From assembly GCA_963422375.2 (NCBI GenBank), contig OY729427.2, positions 1,120,001 to 1,184,000 of the forward strand: DNA of 64,000 nucleotides, written 5' to 3'. The notes beneath the pieces were generated by a model. It made no database searches. It had not been told where the DNA came from and saw only the letters and a program-made list of their open reading frames with translations. This DNA comes from Bryobacterales bacterium (GTDB taxonomy: Bacteria; Acidobacteriota; Terriglobia; Bryobacterales; UBA6623). The first letter of the stretch is position 1. Each line of letters begins with the position of its first letter. Position numbers and translations under genes: made by a program. This document shows, in pieces, positions 54,511 through 64,000 of this stretch.

Positions 54511-54961
54511 AGGCGAAGGTGGCTTCCTCGGTGCCGCTTGCCAGCTCTCGGCAGCGATAGTCCGAGCCCTTGACGCATGATCTAGCCGATCAGCGGCCGC
54601 TGCCTTGGATCCCGTGCGCTCGCCAGCAGCAGCTGGCCCCCTTCGCGTACCTCCCTCTTCACCGCGGACACCTTGTCCAAGGTCGCATGGCGGACCTGTA
54701 CGCCATTCGATAGGCCTGCGTGCTTGGTGGCTGGCTCGGCATGGCGCTGTTCCAAGTCATCCTATTCCTTCTCACGCACCTTGCTCGCCTCGCGCATCCA
54801 GCCCCTCGTGATTGGGAGTGAGCTACTAGCAAGGCGCGGCACGTCAGGAGCGTTCGCGCCACCCTGCCGCACGTCTGTCACTGTTGACGGATCCATCACT
54901 GATTTTCATTCAGCCAATACCACCTACACTCTAGGCCAGAATCGCGTTATCGAGGGCCCTG

Positions 54962-55900
54962 CTAGGAACGCGAGGCCCCGTTGATGACAAGGCGTCGGTT
55001 GCCCAGCCATGGGACGCGCGGGGTGCCTGTGGTCTGCAGGGCCTCGAGCGGAGCGGGCAGGTCGCGCTTCTTCTTCAGCGAGACGGTGCAGGTGCCGGGC
55101 GCGAGGGTGACGTCTCCTGCGGTGCGGAGGATGCGCTCGTGCAGGGACTGCGCGGTCAGGTGGCGGTAGCCGGGAGGCAGGTCCATGGCCGGCAAGCGCA
55201 GCAGATTGTAGGCCGGCACGGTCATGGCGAGGTCGAAATCGACCTTGATGACCATGGGGGAGAAGAGCCGGTTGACGGACAGCTTCAGCGCCGCGAAGGC
55301 CAGCACGGTCTGCAGGGCCCGCGTGCCGGGATGGCCGGCCGCGCGGACCGCCTTGTCCAAGCCGCAGCCCAGCATCCACGGGAGCAAGGAGAGCACGCCG
55401 GCCGCACGTTCTCATTGGGACGACTCGCAGGCCCGGGGATCGAGCGGGACGCTTTCGGGGGCCGCCAAGCGCTCCCGGGCCCCGGCCCCGCGTTCGGCGG
55501 GAGTGCGCCGGGGCAGGCGAGCGAAGCCTTCCTCCGCCAGGATGCGCCGGATCCCCTGCTGGCTCGGGGCCTGCCCGAACTCGGCGTCCAGCCGAACCTT
55601 GATGTCGGGCAGGGACAGGTTGACCTTGCGCAGTGCGATCGCATGCTCGCGCACGTCCGGCGCGGGCAGCACGGGCGGCCGTCCGGAGCGTCGCGGGCCT
55701 TGGAAGAAGAAGGCGAGCGGGTCCTCGAGCTGCCGGAAGTCGCGTGTCACGGAGTAGACCGTGGCGACGGAGCAGTCGAAACGCCGGGCGACGGCCTCGG
55801 CCGGGAGGCCCTCGCAGTAGATCTCGTAGCGGCGCTGGCGCGGGTTGCTCGGCCGGGCGAAGAACTCGGGGCTAGCGTGAGGCGGCAGGACCTCCGGCAT
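54962..55900 (-). mobile_element. Internally deleted transposase pseudogene (family not assigned)
   Basis: N-terminal HTH-like segments and C-terminal IKVDFDLAMTV.AYNL..PWLGNRRL. The central catalytic region is missing. Confidence 0.6.
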
Positions 55901-56271
55901 GATTAGGCCGTATATCAGGCTGGAATCACATTGTGCAAGTAATGTTAGACAGAAAAAGGGGGTTCCAGAGCCGCTTCGGACGTGTTCTAGCGAAGACGAG
56001 AGGTGCCGCGTGGCTCAGCGAACGCGTGGCATCCGACTTGGGACAGTGCGCACGCCTACCTCGTAATCAATTGATTCTACACAGGTTACTCCTGTCGGCC
56101 TAGCGTCGCATCTACTGCTGACTTAGGCGCTATCTCGAGATGAGAATCAGTGGTCATCGATGACGAGAAGGGCGTGCCAACAGACAGTCAAGACGAATGA
56201 TGGCCTGAAAAACACCATGGCCGAGGCACCGAAGCGCCTGAAGGGGACACCGGAGCTAGTCGCTGCGCTCT

Positions 56272-56740
56272 TCAAGCAGGCCGAGTGCGCCTACATCCGA
56301 GCCTGACCCGCAAAGAAGACCTTTGACGCGTCCAGTAAATCGTCGCGCCGGGGTTCTCCGGCCGCAGTGAGAGGTGCCTCTCCAAGGGTTCCAGCGCGGC
56401 CTGCGTGTCGCTGTGCTGGAAGAGCAGCGTGCCAAGGTACAACCACGCCTCGTCTTCGCACGGGTCTTCCTCGACGAGACTTCGCAGTAACCTCTCGCCC
56501 TTCGCCAAGTCGTTCTGCAGGGAGTAGGCTAGGCCGATGGCGCGCAATCGGATCCACGGATAGCTGCACGGCCCTTTCGAGCAACGGCACCGCCTCGTCT
56601 CGGATCCCCGAGATGACGCGCAAGCAATTCGGCGTAGATTCGCGGCGCGCCGGCGAAGCTGGCTATGCACGGAAGTCCGACGATTTGCGCGGCGAGCAGC
56701 AGGAAGGCCGCAAGCGTCAGAAGGTAGTGCGTCCCAAGGC
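56272..56740 (-). pseudogene. TPR-repeat protein remnant
   Basis: AIGLAYSLQNDLAKGERLL..EDP..EAWLYLGTLLF..ALEPLERHLSLRPEN, spread over several frames. Confidence 0.55.
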
Positions 56741-56909
56741 CTCCCCCCGCATGCCCCGGGCGGAGGCGCAATCAATCAGCTCGGACGACCAGCTGGACCG
56801 CCATCGAGGGCGTCTTCACCCCGGGCGACCACCCCGATGCTCTGTCAGGGGCTCTTGCCGGAGTAAGAACCTAGTCTTTCCGTGAGTATCCTACGATAGA
56901 AGCTAGGAA

Positions 56910-57085
56910 ATTCCGAACCTCGACGAGCCCGAAGGCGGCCATTTCGACAACATGATCGACTGCGTTCGTTGGCGCAAGGGGGAGGACCCGAAGCGCGAGA
57001 TCGAGCCGACAATCCGTCGACTTCGCAACGCCGCCTAGCGAACATTTCCTTCCGGGGAGGGCACAGGCTCGGGTTCGCCGAGGGG
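56910..57085 (+). pseudogene. C-terminal remnant of another Gfo/Idh/MocA oxidoreductase
   Basis: GGHFDNMIDCVR.RK followed, after a frameshift, by LANISFRGGHRLGF. Resembles the C-termini of the intact paralogs in this window. Confidence 0.45.
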
Positions 57086-57226
57086 GTCGACTTTCCCTTG
57101 CGACGAGGAAGCTTACCGACTCCGGGACACGTGAGTACCGCGAGCCCCAAGTGGCTCCCAGCCAAGTTTGACCGTGCCGGAGGCGTCCTGACCGCGGGAC
57201 GGTCCGGCAGCCTACGGTACCATGGA

Positions 57227-58474
57227 ATGATGCTCCAAGGATCCAGCGACTTAAGCCGTCGCACCTTCATCGCGGGCGCGACGGCCGCCGGCGCGGCGCG
57301 ACCTGCGCTCTCAGCGAAGAGCGCGGCTCGGATCGCTGGCGCCAACGAGCGCCTTCACATCGGAGTGATCGGCGCGGGCGGAAACGCCAACGGCCACATG
57401 CGCGCGCTCCAGAAGCTGGCCGGACCGGACAACGTCGAGATCAGTGCCGTCTGTGACATCTACGACCTGCGTCGCGAAGCAGCCGCCGAGTTCACCGGTG
57501 GCAAGCCCTACAAGGACTACCGGGCTCTGCTCGAGCAGCCCGGCTTGGACTACGTCACCATCTCCGTGCCGGAGCACTGGCACGCGCCCATCACGCTGGA
57601 CGCTGCCGACGCCGGGCTGAACGTGTACGTGGAGAAGCCGCTCACCTATTCGATCAGCGAGGGTCTCGAGGTCGTGCGCAAGATCAAGAGCACGGGCATC
57701 GTCCTGCAGTGCGGCATCCAAGGGATGTCGGACGACTCCTACGAAGCAGCCGCCGAGCTCATCCGGGACGGAGCCATCGGCAAGGTCGTCATGGCGCACA
57801 TCGACTATTCCCGGAACCACCGCGACGACTTCTGGCTGAGGGAGCCGGATCCGGACGCGAAGCCGGGCGTGAACCTGGACTGGAAGGCGTTTCTCGGCAA
57901 GGCCAGGAAGAGGCCGTGGGACCCGGACCGCTTCTTCTCATGGCGCCGGTACTGGGACTATTCCGGCGGGATCGCGACCGACCTGTTCGTGCATCGGCTG
58001 GCGCGGATCGTCAAGGCCTGCGGCCTTACTACGCCGTCGCGGGTGGTGGCGACCGGAGGGAACTACTTCTTCGACGGCGGATCCGAGGTGCCTGACACGT
58101 TCAACGCGCTGCTGGAGTACCCAGAGGGCATCAACGTGCTGCTGGTCTCGTCAATGGCCAACCAGACCCGCATCCGGCATCTGGTGCGAGGCAACCGGGC
58201 CACCATCGAGTTCACGCGGGAGGGCTTCGTCGTCGAGCCCGAGGCGCTGCACAAGGACGAGGTCCAGCCGCGCATTCACAAGAAGTCCGGAGGCGAAGAC
58301 ATGGCCCTGCACCATCACAACCTGCACAACGCGATCCGTCTGGGCGCGGAGCTTAAGTGCGACGCGGAGCTGGGCTTCAACGTGTCGATGGCGTGCCAGA
58401 TGGCCGTGGAATCGTTCCGGCGGAAGAAATCCCTTGGATGGGACCGCCGACGCCAGCGCGTGGTCAGGACCTGA
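57227..58474 (+). CDS. Gfo/Idh/MocA oxidoreductase with Tat signal
   Basis: Motifs SRRTFI, IGAGGNA, VPEHWH, YVEKP and WDYSGG. Confidence 0.92.
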   Translation: MMLQGSSDLSRRTFIAGATAAGAARPALSAKSAARIAGANERLHIGVIGAGGNANGHMRALQKLAGPDNVEISAVCDIYDLRREAAAEFTGGKPYKDYRALLEQPGLDYVTISVPEHWHAPITLDAADAGLNVYVEKPLTYSISEGLEVVRKIKSTGIVLQCGIQGMSDDSYEAAAELIRDGAIGKVVMAHIDYSRNHRDDFWLREPDPDAKPGVNLDWKAFLGKARKRPWDPDRFFSWRRYWDYSGGIATDLFVHRLARIVKACGLTTPSRVVATGGNYFFDGGSEVPDTFNALLEYPEGINVLLVSSMANQTRIRHLVRGNRATIEFTREGFVVEPEALHKDEVQPRIHKKSGGEDMALHHHNLHNAIRLGAELKCDAELGFNVSMACQMAVESFRRKKSLGWDRRRQRVVRT

Positions 58475-58519
58475 CCGGCGAAGTGCCCCGGAATCGCCCG
58501 CGTTTGCTAGGATTGTGTT

Positions 58520-58879
58520 ATGGATGCGACTGGCCGGAGGCCGACGACGAAAGGCGAAGGCTCGCTGCTGGGGCCGTCGGTGCGCATGGAAGGCGACATC
58601 ACATCCGAAGAGAGCTTGGCCATATCCGGGCAGTTCGAGGGCCAGATCGACATTCCCAAGCACGAGGTCGAGGTGACCCAGGGGGCCGTGGTCAAGGCCG
58701 ACATCCGTGCCAACAAGGTCCTCATCTGCGGCAGGGTCGAGGGCAACGTGCAAGGCATCGCCCGGGTCGAGCTGACAGGGACGGCCGAAATGACCGGCAA
58801 TTTGGAGACCCGCGAGATTCGCGTCGAGGGAGGCGCGGTGTTTCGCGGGCAGGTGAACATCCTCACCGACCGCAACTGA
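58520..58879 (+). CDS. Bactofilin (polymer-forming cytoskeletal protein)
   Basis: Beta-helix repeats LGPSVRMEGDI..ISGQFEGQI..VKADI..GRVEGNV..GAVFRG. Confidence 0.9.
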   Translation: MDATGRRPTTKGEGSLLGPSVRMEGDITSEESLAISGQFEGQIDIPKHEVEVTQGAVVKADIRANKVLICGRVEGNVQGIARVELTGTAEMTGNLETREIRVEGGAVFRGQVNILTDRN

Positions 58880-58888
58880 GCCCGCCGG

Positions 58889-59512
58889 TCACTCGGGCGG
58901 CAACCGCACGGGCTTGCGCGCCTCGATGGTCTTCAGCACGTCAAGGTAGTGGCGCGTCACGCCGCTGACCTCGAACCCCGCCCGACGCACCGTATCGACG
59001 GTCGGGCGATTCAATTCCGGGCCGAACCGGCGTGCGAGCGGCGTGCAGGCGTGCAGCATAGCGCTGAACGGGAGCCAGCGGCTGCCGGTATGCTCGAACA
59101 TTCGCAGCTCTCCGCCCGGGCGCAGCACGCGCAGAATCTCGCGCAAGCCGCGCAGGGGCTCCGATACGGAGCAGAACGTGCAGGACGTGTAGGCCTGGTC
59201 GAAGCATTCAGTTCCGAGGGCCAGCTGCCGGGCGTCCATCTGCTGCAAGTCGAGGGAACCTTCGTACCGGCCGGCGCGCTTCGCCGCGCACTCGAGCATT
59301 CGCTCGCTGACGTCGATCGCGACGACCGACCGGCCGGGCGGGAAGAACTGGAAGTCCAGGCCGGTGCCAGCCGCGAGAAACAGCACGCGTCCCTCCATGC
59401 CGGAGAAGAGATCGCGCTTGAACCCGGCCCAGCGCCGCTCCGCCGAGCGCGAGGCGAAGCTCTGGTAGGCGGGCGCGACGCGATTCCACTTGGCACGGTC
59501 CCCGAGCGTCAT
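58889..59512 (-). CDS. Class I SAM-dependent methyltransferase
   Basis: Motifs VLFLAAGTG, IDVSERML, MDARQL, FCSV and RVLRPGG. Confidence 0.9.
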   Translation of the reverse strand: MTLGDRAKWNRVAPAYQSFASRSAERRWAGFKRDLFSGMEGRVLFLAAGTGLDFQFFPPGRSVVAIDVSERMLECAAKRAGRYEGSLDLQQMDARQLALGTECFDQAYTSCTFCSVSEPLRGLREILRVLRPGGELRMFEHTGSRWLPFSAMLHACTPLARRFGPELNRPTVDTVRRAGFEVSGVTRHYLDVLKTIEARKPVRLPPE

Positions 59513-59895
59513 TCGCCGCCCCGCCGTCTCAGACCCAAGTCGGCGAGAGCGCAGAACGCGCTGGCGGCAAGCCCGCACAGCGCGCCTCGCACGATCCAGC
59601 CGAGCAAGCCGGGCGCGCTCTCCGCAGGGGATTGCATCCCCCCCGCCATGCCGGCCACCATACAGGCCAGCATAATTTGCAGCATCGGCTCGATCATGCC
59701 TAGCACCTGGCTGGCGGCCAGAGCGCATGGAACCGAGAGCGCCATCCCTGCCAGCATGCCAACAGCCATTCCCGCGAGGGGGTGCCAGCCCGCCGGAACC
59801 ATCCACGATGCAAGCGAGGCGGCCAATGCGCCGGAAGCGATGGCGGCAGCGGCGTCCCCGAGAAAGTACCGCACGCGGGCGGGCACTGCCGTCAT
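59509..59895 (-). CDS. Small Met/Gly-rich membrane protein
   Basis: About four hydrophobic helices. Stop/start overlap with the methyltransferase gene. Confidence 0.7.
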   Translation of the reverse strand: MTAVPARVRYFLGDAAAAIASGALAASLASWMVPAGWHPLAGMAVGMLAGMALSVPCALAASQVLGMIEPMLQIMLACMVAGMAGGMQSPAESAPGLLGWIVRGALCGLAASAFCALADLGLRRRGGE

Positions 59896-59907
59896 TCGCG
59901 GGTTACC

Positions 59908-60549
59908 TCAGAGCAGCGCGCGAAGGTAGCGCTCCACCCTGTCGGGGTCCTTCGCTCCCGGCGTGGACTCGAGCCGCGAGCTCGAGTCCACGCCCCAAGG
60001 CCGGGCGACGCGAACCGCCTCAGCCACGTTGTCGCCATCCAGCCCCCCGGCCACGATGACCTTGCCGTAGGGCCGGGCGCGCCGCGCGAGGTGCCAGCTG
60101 AAGGTCTCCCCGGTGCCCCCATGGACGCCCGGCCGGGCCGTGTCGAGGAGGAAGGCGTCGGCCCGGAACCCGCTCAATCCGGACGCATCGAATCGCTCGT
60201 CTACGCGAACAGCCATCCACACCTCCACGGCCTCCGGGACGGCGCCGCGCACCTCACACAATTCATCCGGGCTCCCGTACCCGTGGAGCTGGACCACGTC
60301 CAGGCCCACGCGGCGCGCCGTGGCCGCGACCACGTTCGGGCGCTCGCGCACGAACACGCCGACCCGGCGCACGCCCTCAGGGACGGCGGCGGCTACCGCC
60401 TCGGCCCGCTCGAAGGTGACCGAGCGCGGGCTGGGCGCGTAGAAGATCAAGCCGACGGCGTTCGCGCCGGCGGCCGCGGCGTGCCCAGCGTCCTCCGGCA
60501 GAGTAATCCCGCACACCTTGCGCAGCTGCGGCCTAAATCGTGCCGCCAT
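59908..60549 (-). CDS. trpF: Phosphoribosylanthranilate isomerase
   Basis: Motifs KVCGIT, SPRSV, VQLHG, GGTGETF, AGGL and GVDSSS. Confidence 0.95.
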   Translation of the reverse strand: MAARFRPQLRKVCGITLPEDAGHAAAAGANAVGLIFYAPSPRSVTFERAEAVAAAVPEGVRRVGVFVRERPNVVAATARRVGLDVVQLHGYGSPDELCEVRGAVPEAVEVWMAVRVDERFDASGLSGFRADAFLLDTARPGVHGGTGETFSWHLARRARPYGKVIVAGGLDGDNVAEAVRVARPWGVDSSSRLESTPGAKDPDRVERYLRALL

Positions 60550-60609
60550 CGGGTTCAGCGTAACAGCGAGCAAGCGAGGCGAGATGCGCGGCTAGCCACC
60601 GGGGACATT

Positions 60610-62211
60610 TCACGGTCGCGACTCGACAACCTTCCCGAGACTCTCGCGGACCTCTCGCGGCAGGCCGGCAATGCGACCGGTCGCATCCAAGCGCTCCAAG
60701 TGCGCCAGCACTTGGCGCGCGGCGACCAAGCGGAGGGGCGATTCCAACTCGCCGTAGACCGGGGCAACCATCCTGTCGGGATCGCGCAAGCCGCTGTTCC
60801 AAGCGTCGAGGACGCGCCCCTCGCGCCAAAGCCGGTGGTCGCGGGCATCGCGGAGAGCCTTGGCTGCATCCGGGAACATCGAGCCGTGGCTCGGGAGCGC
60901 CACCCGTGCTCCGAGGGCGGAGAGGCGCTCGAGAGAGTCCAGATAGTCGGCCATGTTGCCGTCGGGCGGATTGATCACAACGGAACCATAGCCCGAGAGC
61001 ATGTCGCCGCAGAGGAGTGTCGCGCACCGCTCCTCGAAAAGGCAGAGATGGCCGCTGGCGTGTCCGGGCGTGTGCAGCATCCGGATCCTCAGAGGGAGGC
61101 TGCCGCCGGTCTCAATCGTCTCGCCTCCCCGCAGGCAGCGGTCCACGTCGATGTCCCGGTCGGCGAGCCGGGCCGCGGTGGCTTCGTGCGCCCACACCGG
61201 GACGGCGTAGTGCTGGCGCACGAACCCGGCCCCGTCCACGTGGTCCGCGTGATGGTGGGTGAGAATCACGGCAGTCAGATGACCACCCGTCTCGCGGGAC
61301 ACCTCGTCGACAATCTCGCAAAGCCGCTCAAGCTCGCCCTGGTCGGAAGCTCCGGGATCCACGAGAATCAGCTTCGCGCCGCCGAGCAACAAGGTATTGG
61401 TGTGAGTCGCCGGAGGCAGGGTCCTAGTCCGTAGCGGGATGGCTCGCACGGCGGGGCGGAACTCGATCACGCGGGGCGAATCGGGACGGCCCGCCTCCGA
61501 GCGCCACAGGCGGCGACGGCCCTCGGGGCCGTCGTCCGCTAGGACTCGCAGTGTCTCGAGGGTCGGATGGGCTACGAGCACGTCGCCGGACATCCAGCGG
61601 TCCAAGGCGTCCGCGGGCCGGATCCATTCTCCGGAAGTCAGTTCGCCCGGTATGACGGACGGCTGGCTCGCCTCGCCGGGCGGCCATTCCATGAGAAAGA
61701 AGGTCGCGTCGAACCGAATTGGCGAGAGGGGGGGCGTAACCCAGCGACCCGCGAAACGGAGCCTAGAAGCGTCGAGAGCAAGGCCGTTCGCGACCAGCCA
61801 GTCCGCGAAATCGAGGCCGCCGTCCAGCAAGCCGGCCCGCGCAGCTTCCAAGTCCACCTCGTCGGGAGCCGGACCGGTCGCCGAGAGAATTCCGGCCTCC
61901 TCGAAGAGCTCGCGCAAGGCGCAGGCCTGCTGCGACGCGAACTGGCCCGATGCCAGAAACGCCTTCTCCCCGTCCATCGCGCCTCTCACGGGCGCAGCCG
62001 CGTCGGCCGCCGCCATGCGGCCGCCGGGGAAAGCGTGCCAGCCTCCCATGAAACGGAGAGACTTGGACCGCTTGACCCAAAAGACCTCACAAGCGCCCCC
62101 AGTGCCGAAGCGGTATGGAATCACCCCGGCAGCCAGGCGCGGGCTCGCAGGCCCGGTCCAAGGAGGGCGTCGCGCATGCGACGGGCCCGGAAGGACTCCA
62201 TGGGAATACAA
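60610..62211 (-). CDS. NUDIX domain fused to an MBL-fold metallo-hydrolase
   Basis: NUDIX part FPGG..ALRELFEEAG and WVTP..RFD. MBL part LTHHHADH, TPGHASGH, GD and PSHG. Start codon uncertain. Confidence 0.9.
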   Translation of the reverse strand: MYSHGVLPGPSHARRPPWTGPASPRLAAGVIPYRFGTGGACEVFWVKRSKSLRFMGGWHAFPGGRMAAADAAAPVRGAMDGEKAFLASGQFASQQACALRELFEEAGILSATGPAPDEVDLEAARAGLLDGGLDFADWLVANGLALDASRLRFAGRWVTPPLSPIRFDATFFLMEWPPGEASQPSVIPGELTSGEWIRPADALDRWMSGDVLVAHPTLETLRVLADDGPEGRRRLWRSEAGRPDSPRVIEFRPAVRAIPLRTRTLPPATHTNTLLLGGAKLILVDPGASDQGELERLCEIVDEVSRETGGHLTAVILTHHHADHVDGAGFVRQHYAVPVWAHEATAARLADRDIDVDRCLRGGETIETGGSLPLRIRMLHTPGHASGHLCLFEERCATLLCGDMLSGYGSVVINPPDGNMADYLDSLERLSALGARVALPSHGSMFPDAAKALRDARDHRLWREGRVLDAWNSGLRDPDRMVAPVYGELESPLRLVAARQVLAHLERLDATGRIAGLPREVRESLGKVVESRP

Positions 62212-62512
62212 GCCTCACGGTATCATGGAATGCGGCGACCGACCGGGAACCAAGGCCATGCCGGAGCCCACAGGGCCAACCCATCCTGTTGCGGATGCTA
62301 GAACACCGGTCCTCGGGCATTCTTCCGAAGGCCTCCGGCCAACGGAGACAAAGGTCGAGATGCACACTGCTCGCGCTGTTCATCGCATGGAGTTGAGCAG
62401 TGGCAGCACCCACAGGGCAGTACTGAGGAATTCCTTCACAATGAATCGTTCCTGTATGTGTCGATTGTCTACCGTTTTGACTGAACAAAGCACAACGACT
62501 ACTGCCGAATAC

Positions 62513-62973
62513 TCAAGTACTGAAACGAAAGAAATCAGGAAATTTCTTACCTAAGGGATCCCCACACCGAAGAATATAGATCGCCTTCTTGCGTCCAAAT
62601 AGATTAACAAGATTTGGCTTACTATCGATTCGTTTCAGCTCTTTTTTCTGCGCCTTCCCCATGCGTCCTCCGGAGGCTACTACAGGCCAAAACTCACACG
62701 CAGATTGCCGAGGAATGTAACTCTCGGCGATTTTGGCACCACCTTTGAGCTGTGACATAACCTTCCGTGCTTCGAGTTTGCCTTGCTTGAATTAAAGCAA
62801 GGCAATAAATGGTTTATGAATTGATCGGTATCCCTCGGCAGCAACTAGATAGTCACACCGTAGCTCTGATTGGAGATCCGTCGTGTCAGAAAGCCTATCA
62901 TAGTCCAAGATTAGCCGATTCTGCGAGATCTTATCTAGCGTTACTCCGCAACCTTGTTCTCGGCACCTAGTTA
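62513..62973 (-). pseudogene. PD-(D/E)XK-like protein remnant with an internal stop, 5' end cut by ISNCY
   Basis: One frame reads RCDYLVA..IALL*FKQGK..SQLKGGAKIA. The TAA falls where the E of an E-x-K motif is expected. AT-rich. Confidence 0.5.
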
Positions 62974-64000
62974 GTGCTTGTGACAGAACGCGCAAGCCCT
63001 TAGTTTCCGGGCGGTTGCAGCAGATCTGTGGGACGAAGATCGGGGCGATCCGGGCCGGCTTGCGCGTTTCCGGGGGTTGTGCGACAATCTTCGTTGAGGA
63101 ACCGCCCGTGAGGACCGTTCAGGAGATCCAGCTCACCCTTGGCCGGACTGCAATCGAGGATATCGATCTCGACGTCCGTTCCCGCGACGATATCCCGGCC
63201 ATCTTGCTAGGAATACAATTCATCTATCGCACCGAGCAGTTGCGGGACAGGGTTTTCGGACTGCTCGAGAGCCGTATCCTCGGCCTCGGTGAGAGTAGCG
63301 GGAACGGCGGGAACGGCGAGAACGGAAGCGATCCTTCCGCAGGCGAGTGCGGCAGGATCAACCCTGCCGTCGGTCGTCCCGGCATGCAGCTGTGGAATAT
63401 TCTCGTCTTGGGCTTGCTCAAGCAGGGATTGAATTGCGACTACGACCGCGTGACGGAGCTGGCGAACAAGCACGCGGACGTCCGGCGCTTCCTCGGTCTG
63501 AACGCGACGCTCGACGAGCAGGTGTTCAGCTACCGGACAGTCAACCGGAATCTGAAGCTTCTCACGCCCGACCTCCTCGCGGAAATCAATCAGCTGGTGG
63601 TGCGGGAGGGGCACGCACTGGCGGGGTACAAGGAAGGCGATCCGCTGAAGGCGCGGTGCGACTCGTTCGTGGTGGAAACGAACGTGCATTACCCGACGGA
63701 CGTGAGTCTGCTGCGGGACGCGTTGCGCTGCCTGATTCGCTCTATTGCGCCGCTGTGCAAGGGGCGCGGCATCGCGGGCTGGCGGCAGAGCACGCAGCTG
63801 CTGAAGACGCTGAAGCAGAAATTCAACCGGGTGCGGCAGGCGAAGAAGAGGAAAGGCAACCCGGAGAGGGTGCGGTCGTACCTGGAGGCGGCCCTGGAGA
63901 TAGCGCAACGGGCGGAGGGTGCGCTGGCGGCCCTGGCGCAGGCCGGGGAAGACGAGGGAACCCTCAGAGCGGCAAGGAGTTACCTCGGGTACGTGCAGCT
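62974..64000 (+). mobile_element. ISNCY-family element; transposase starts at GTG 63108 and runs out of the window
   Basis: End GTGCTTGTGACAGAAC. MRTVQEIQLTLG..IEDIDLDVRSRDDIPAILLGIQ, GRPGMQLWNILVLG and RCDSFVVETNVHYPTDVSLL. Confidence 0.9.

Overview
This is a high-GC bacterial chromosome segment. It is most consistent with Acidobacteriota (Bryobacterales-like), possibly a sponge symbiont; that is inference from the three Tat-exported Gfo/Idh/MocA oxidoreductases, the SEL1/TPR proteins and the IS load. Intact housekeeping blocks are birA-coaX-pncB, trpB, def-fmt-argJ-tRNA-Ile2, PhoD-MutT-AlkA-sugar kinase, eno-MgtE(N)-NRAMP and trpF. These alternate with heavily decayed mobile-element tracts. 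The mobile DNA can be reconstructed at base resolution. (i) An 8.84-kb composite element bounded by inverted IS1595 copies with an exact 8-bp target duplication (AAATCATA) splits a Panacea (DUF4065/SocA) antitoxin gene. (ii) There is an IS1595/IS1380/IS1595 nest. (iii) A 255-bp MITE related to the ISNCY element at the window end sits inside an IS1595 terminal repeat. (iv) One IS1595 family carries a ~420-nt hairpin-dense 3' region with compensatory changes between copies; this candidate structured RNA is the best lead for something undescribed. Other notable items are a 3'-truncated tRNA-Gln upstream of a nucleotidyltransferase TA-like pair, several dead toxin-antitoxin/defence genes, a divergent enolase, and a marked A:T->G:C plus micro-duplication decay signature. 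I saw no CRISPR array, rRNA, reverse transcriptase or prophage. All family assignments come from motif recognition by eye, not database searches.
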